Positions 32,465 to 35,631 of a DNA stretch of 35,631 bases are shown one piece after another; positions within the stretch are counted from its first letter, which is position 1, and each line of letters begins with the position of its first letter. A program made the position numbers and the translations under genes. The DNA is from an uncultured Candidatus Saccharibacteria bacterium (GTDB lineage Bacteria > Patescibacteriota > Saccharimonadia > Saccharimonadales > JANWIN01), in assembly GCA_964469975.1 (NCBI GenBank), contig CAYYAF010000001.1, forward strand, positions 1 to 35,631. The letters are read 5' to 3'. The notes beneath the pieces are model-generated. The model was not told where the DNA came from. It was given only the letters and a program-made list of their open reading frames with translations, and ran no database searches.

Positions 32465-33394
32465 CTAAACTTCTGTTAACCAGTTTGCGTATTGTTCGTT
32501 GTTACCTTTTTGAACTTCTTGATAAATTTGAGCCAGTTTAATTGTTAATGGCCCGGGTTGATTATTGCCAACTGACCGTCTGTCTACGGATATAACCGGC
32601 GTAATTAAAGCCGAGCTGCCACACATGAATATTTCATCGGCTAAATATAGCTCGCTTCTGTCAATTGAACGTTCCAGGGTATCAATATCATTCGCTTTAG
32701 ATAACTGTAATACCGTATTTCTGGTAATCCCTTCTAAAATGTCAGTGGAGGCATCTGGTGTAATAACAACTCCGTCACGCACAATAAAAAGATTTGCCAC
32801 TGTACCTTCGCTTACGTGGCCGTGATCGTCAATGGCTATTGCCTCGTCATAGCCATTTAACAAAGCTTCGTTTTTCATTAAGCTGGCATTTACATAGCTG
32901 CCGTTAACTTTAGCCCTAGACGGAATTGCGTTGTCGGCTGTGCGCGTCCAGCTAGATACACAAACATTAATACCATTTCTAGGCAGAATTTCACCCAAAG
33001 GATAAACATAGGCCGTAAAACTATTTTTAAGGTCATGGATTTTTGTGCCGGCAACTAGCTCGTCAATAAATATTGTGGCTCTTACCAAAACATCTTCACG
33101 CACCTGGTTTCGCCTCAAAAGTTCAAGCATAGTATTACTAAACTTTTCGTAGGTCCACTCATCAGTAAAGGAATGAAAATCCATAATCTTAGCAGATTTA
33201 ACCAACCTATCATAATGATCTTTGAGTCTAAAAATATACAGTTTTTGTTTTTCAGCGTTCCAATTAGCACTAAAAACAGTGTATAAACTAAGTCCATACA
33301 AAACTGGCGAGCTAGCAATACTTACATTGGCTTCAGCAAAAGGTACAAAACTGTCTCTGAAATAAACTTCTGTATTTTGATAGTCTATAGCCAT
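32465..33394 (-). CDS. ilvE: Branched-chain-amino-acid aminotransferase (class IV PLP enzyme)
   Basis: Colinear with E. coli IlvE blocks: VSSWTRTADNAIPSRAKVNGSYVNASL, GYDEAIAIDDHGHVSEGTVANLF, GITRNTV and LYLADEIFMCGSSALITPV. Confidence 0.8.
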   Translation of the reverse strand: MAIDYQNTEVYFRDSFVPFAEANVSIASSPVLYGLSLYTVFSANWNAEKQKLYIFRLKDHYDRLVKSAKIMDFHSFTDEWTYEKFSNTMLELLRRNQVREDVLVRATIFIDELVAGTKIHDLKNSFTAYVYPLGEILPRNGINVCVSSWTRTADNAIPSRAKVNGSYVNASLMKNEALLNGYDEAIAIDDHGHVSEGTVANLFIVRDGVVITPDASTDILEGITRNTVLQLSKANDIDTLERSIDRSELYLADEIFMCGSSALITPVISVDRRSVGNNQPGPLTIKLAQIYQEVQKGNNEQYANWLTEV

Positions 33395-34305
33395 TACTGG
33401 TTTATATGGTAATCCCTAACTACCAGATTTACAAAATGCTTCATAAGATTTGGCATAGTAAGCCCGTATTTTCTGGCGGACAGTGGAAATAAGCTTTGTT
33501 CTGTCATGCCAGGCATAGTGTTAAGCTCCAGCACGACTAGTTTTCCATCATTACTCACCATAATATCAACACGCGATAAGTGTTTTGCTCCTAAAGTTTG
33601 GTGTACCTTTAGCGCTAATTGCTGTGCTTGCTCTTGAATCTCTTTACTTATAGAAACGGGTGGACAGATCTCTTTAGATTGACCATTATATTTATTCTCA
33701 TAGTCGAATTCGCCACCCTCTGGCGGTAAAATTTCAATGACGGGTAATGCTCTATCATCTAAAATAGGTACTGTAATTTCTACACCTTCAACAAGCTCTT
33801 CAATAATTGCTTGACTATCCAAGCTAAATACTTCGTTAACTTTATTTTTATCTAATTGGTTTGGTTTTCTAACAATATATGTACCTATGCTGGAACCACC
33901 ACGAGCAACTTTTAATACATGTGGTTTTTTAAGTAAGGGGTGGTCCTTATATGTTTCTGCAGTTACAACATCACCTTTTGGTACTGTAATATTAAAAGCT
34001 TGTAATTGTTGACGAGTTCTACCCTTGTCAAAACATATTTCAGAAGCCATGCTACTGCTCCCCAGATACGGTAAATGACGCTTTTCGAGCTCTTTTTGAA
34101 TTTCACCGTCTTCACCACCTTGACCATGCAAAATTGGAAAAATTATTGTTTGATTTAGATTATCTAACTGATCATAGCCGTTTACAGGATCCAGCAACTG
34201 AGTTTCGAAACCTGCTTGTTTTACAGCTTCAGTTACCGCATGAGCTGACCTAAGCGATATATCTCTCTCGGTTGAATTGCCCCCACCCAGTACTATTATT
34301 TTCAT
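33394..34305 (-). CDS. ddl: D-alanine--D-alanine ligase
   Basis: 303-aa ORF with HGQGGEDGEIQ, CFDKGRT, VLKVARGGSSIG and VLELNTMPGMTEQSLFP. Its stop overlaps the ilvE start (TAATG). Confidence 0.9.
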   Translation of the reverse strand: MKIIVLGGGNSTERDISLRSAHAVTEAVKQAGFETQLLDPVNGYDQLDNLNQTIIFPILHGQGGEDGEIQKELEKRHLPYLGSSSMASEICFDKGRTRQQLQAFNITVPKGDVVTAETYKDHPLLKKPHVLKVARGGSSIGTYIVRKPNQLDKNKVNEVFSLDSQAIIEELVEGVEITVPILDDRALPVIEILPPEGGEFDYENKYNGQSKEICPPVSISKEIQEQAQQLALKVHQTLGAKHLSRVDIMVSNDGKLVVLELNTMPGMTEQSLFPLSARKYGLTMPNLMKHFVNLVVRDYHINQ

Positions 34306-34306
34306 A

Positions 34307-35581
34307 TTATTTGCGCTTAAATTGTTTAGCTTTAATTTTTAACCAGTGTGGTGATTGACGAACTAGCTTTGAGGCATCCTGGGGGTTGGCTAGTAATAAT
34401 TTAACTGTTTCTTCAGCAAAAACACCATTTTGTGAACCTTTGGCCAGTATTACAGCATTAGTTTTGATGTAGTCTTTTAAAAATTCTCCAGCACTATAAG
34501 GGTCATTGAATGTTTTTACGTTACAGCCATTATTTTCAGCTGCTGTGGCTAAGTACATATTCGCGTCGGGTCCAATTGTTACAGTCAAATTTAATTGTTT
34601 TGGGTCACAGTATCTACCAATTTCTAGATGCGCTTGTTGTGAATAGCTGCCAAGCTCATTCATGTTACCTAAAATTGCTATTTTTTGAGGAGCACTTATT
34701 TTGTATAGAGTACCAAGAGCTGCTTGCATAGCTGTTGGGCTGGCGTTATAAGTATCGTCAATAATCTGCGAATTATTAATTCCAGCCAGATGTTGCATAC
34801 GGCCACTAACCGGATGAATTCCTTTCATACCGTTAATTATTTCATCTGGTGACAAGCCTGCTAAGCTAGCTACCGTAGCCGCAGCACATAGTGAATATAA
34901 TTGTGTTTCGGCTATAGTTTCGTGCGTGGCACTAAGTAGTGTTTGACCGGCGTGTAATATATCAAAATCATAAAATCCGTCACTAGATTTAATATTAGTT
35001 AATTGATAGTCAGCCGGCAGCTTAACACTATAGGAAGTTACTGGTTTATTTAGGTTTGTAAGATATTTTGCATCACATAAATCTTTGTTGACCATTAACG
35101 TTTCGCATAGCTCAGTTATTACCATCTCTTCTTTGGCTACCTCGTCTAGAGTCTCAAAAAACTCCATGTGTTCAGGTGCTATAGCCGTTAATAAGCCGAA
35201 GTCTGCTTTAACATATTTTTGAAACTTCTCAATTTGACCTTGTCCATCTGTGCCAAGTTCTAAAACAACATAATCATATAGGTAATCTTTACGAATAATT
35301 GCCTCATTTTTTACAAAGATTATGAGCCAGGCAAATGGGTTCCATAGGGCCGGCATTATTTGACCAAAATAAATTAAAGGTACGCTTACTATGTCGTTAT
35401 AATTACCATTTTGATATTGAACTCTAAATTTTTGTGATAAAACATTGGCAATAGCCAGTTTAGTGCTAGTTTTACCTACACTTCCAGCAACTATAATTGT
35501 TTTAAATTGATGTCGAGCCCTTAGTCGCTTAACTTGCCAGCTAAGTATGCTCACTATTTGTTTTTTAATTAATTTCTTCAT
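34307..35581 (-). CDS. murF: Mur ligase, MurF-like (UDP-MurNAc-tripeptide--D-Ala-D-Ala ligase), lacking the usual N-terminal domain
   Basis: P-loop VAGSVGKTSTK at residues about 31-41, with DDTYNASP and NMNELG blocks. It ends 1 nt before the ddl start. Confidence 0.7.
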   Translation of the reverse strand: MKKLIKKQIVSILSWQVKRLRARHQFKTIIVAGSVGKTSTKLAIANVLSQKFRVQYQNGNYNDIVSVPLIYFGQIMPALWNPFAWLIIFVKNEAIIRKDYLYDYVVLELGTDGQGQIEKFQKYVKADFGLLTAIAPEHMEFFETLDEVAKEEMVITELCETLMVNKDLCDAKYLTNLNKPVTSYSVKLPADYQLTNIKSSDGFYDFDILHAGQTLLSATHETIAETQLYSLCAAATVASLAGLSPDEIINGMKGIHPVSGRMQHLAGINNSQIIDDTYNASPTAMQAALGTLYKISAPQKIAILGNMNELGSYSQQAHLEIGRYCDPKQLNLTVTIGPDANMYLATAAENNGCNVKTFNDPYSAGEFLKDYIKTNAVILAKGSQNGVFAEETVKLLLANPQDASKLVRQSPHWLKIKAKQFKRK

Positions 35582-35631
35582 GATTTACTTACGCTTATTT
35601 TACCCTATAAATTATTTTCTAATTAATAAAA

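Noticed and set aside
1-35631. CRISPR arrays, transposases or integrases, prophage genes, toxin-antitoxin pairs, and alternative genetic code (UGA sense).
   Set aside because: - I saw no direct-repeat/spacer arrays or IS-like inverted repeats, and no ORF has recombinase or phage hallmarks.
- Conserved proteins end at their expected lengths under the standard code, and TGA is used as a stop (for example at 15812-15814).

Overview
The window is about 35.6 kb of compact, roughly 40% GC bacterial chromosome read with the standard genetic code. I saw no rRNA, CRISPR array, transposase, integrase or other mobile-element signature. The gene content looks like a reduced-genome, Gram-positive-type organism, possibly Patescibacteria/Saccharibacteria-like; that placement is an inference from gene content only.

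Housekeeping blocks:
- mpg, purH-purB and one tRNA-Gln.
- On the minus strand: murF-ddl-ilvE-leuS, rpmF-nusB-NUDIX-rnc, rpsP-KH, and trmD.

Accessory regions:
- 0.7-5.4 kb holds envelope proteins: a polytopic protein with a pilin-like C-terminal domain, a protein with a cysteine-less HNH-like motif, a bactofilin-like beta-helix membrane protein, a PEBP protein and a DUF1345 protein.
- 11-13.8 kb holds a CBM48-GH13 alpha-glucan enzyme next to an orphan receiver domain.
- 13.9-18.7 kb is an island of small membrane proteins: a minimal K+ channel, tandem DUF7144-like paralogs, HdeD-like, DUF998-like and others. It ends in a Cu,Zn-SOD.
- 18.7-24.6 kb holds a GT4 / GDE-like hydrolase / GT-C membrane glycosyltransferase operon, divergent from an ABC-2 exporter.

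Observations most worth follow-up:
1. sodC has no signal peptide in its own frame. An export-signal-like peptide sits in a separate upstream frame that overlaps it across an A6 tract.
2. A roughly 110-nt structured element with a tRNA-like 3' end lies directly after tRNA-Gln.
3. A (TGn)TAnnnT box sits 6-8 nt upstream of the ATG in at least seven genes that lack a Shine-Dalgarno sequence, which suggests leaderless mRNAs.
4. A hairpin-rich 214-nt spacer occupies the position where rimM normally lies.
5. There is a second Ddl-like ATP-grasp gene, and MurF lacks its N-terminal domain.

None of these amounts to a demonstrated novel system. All functional calls come from recognising motifs by eye, and no searches were run.
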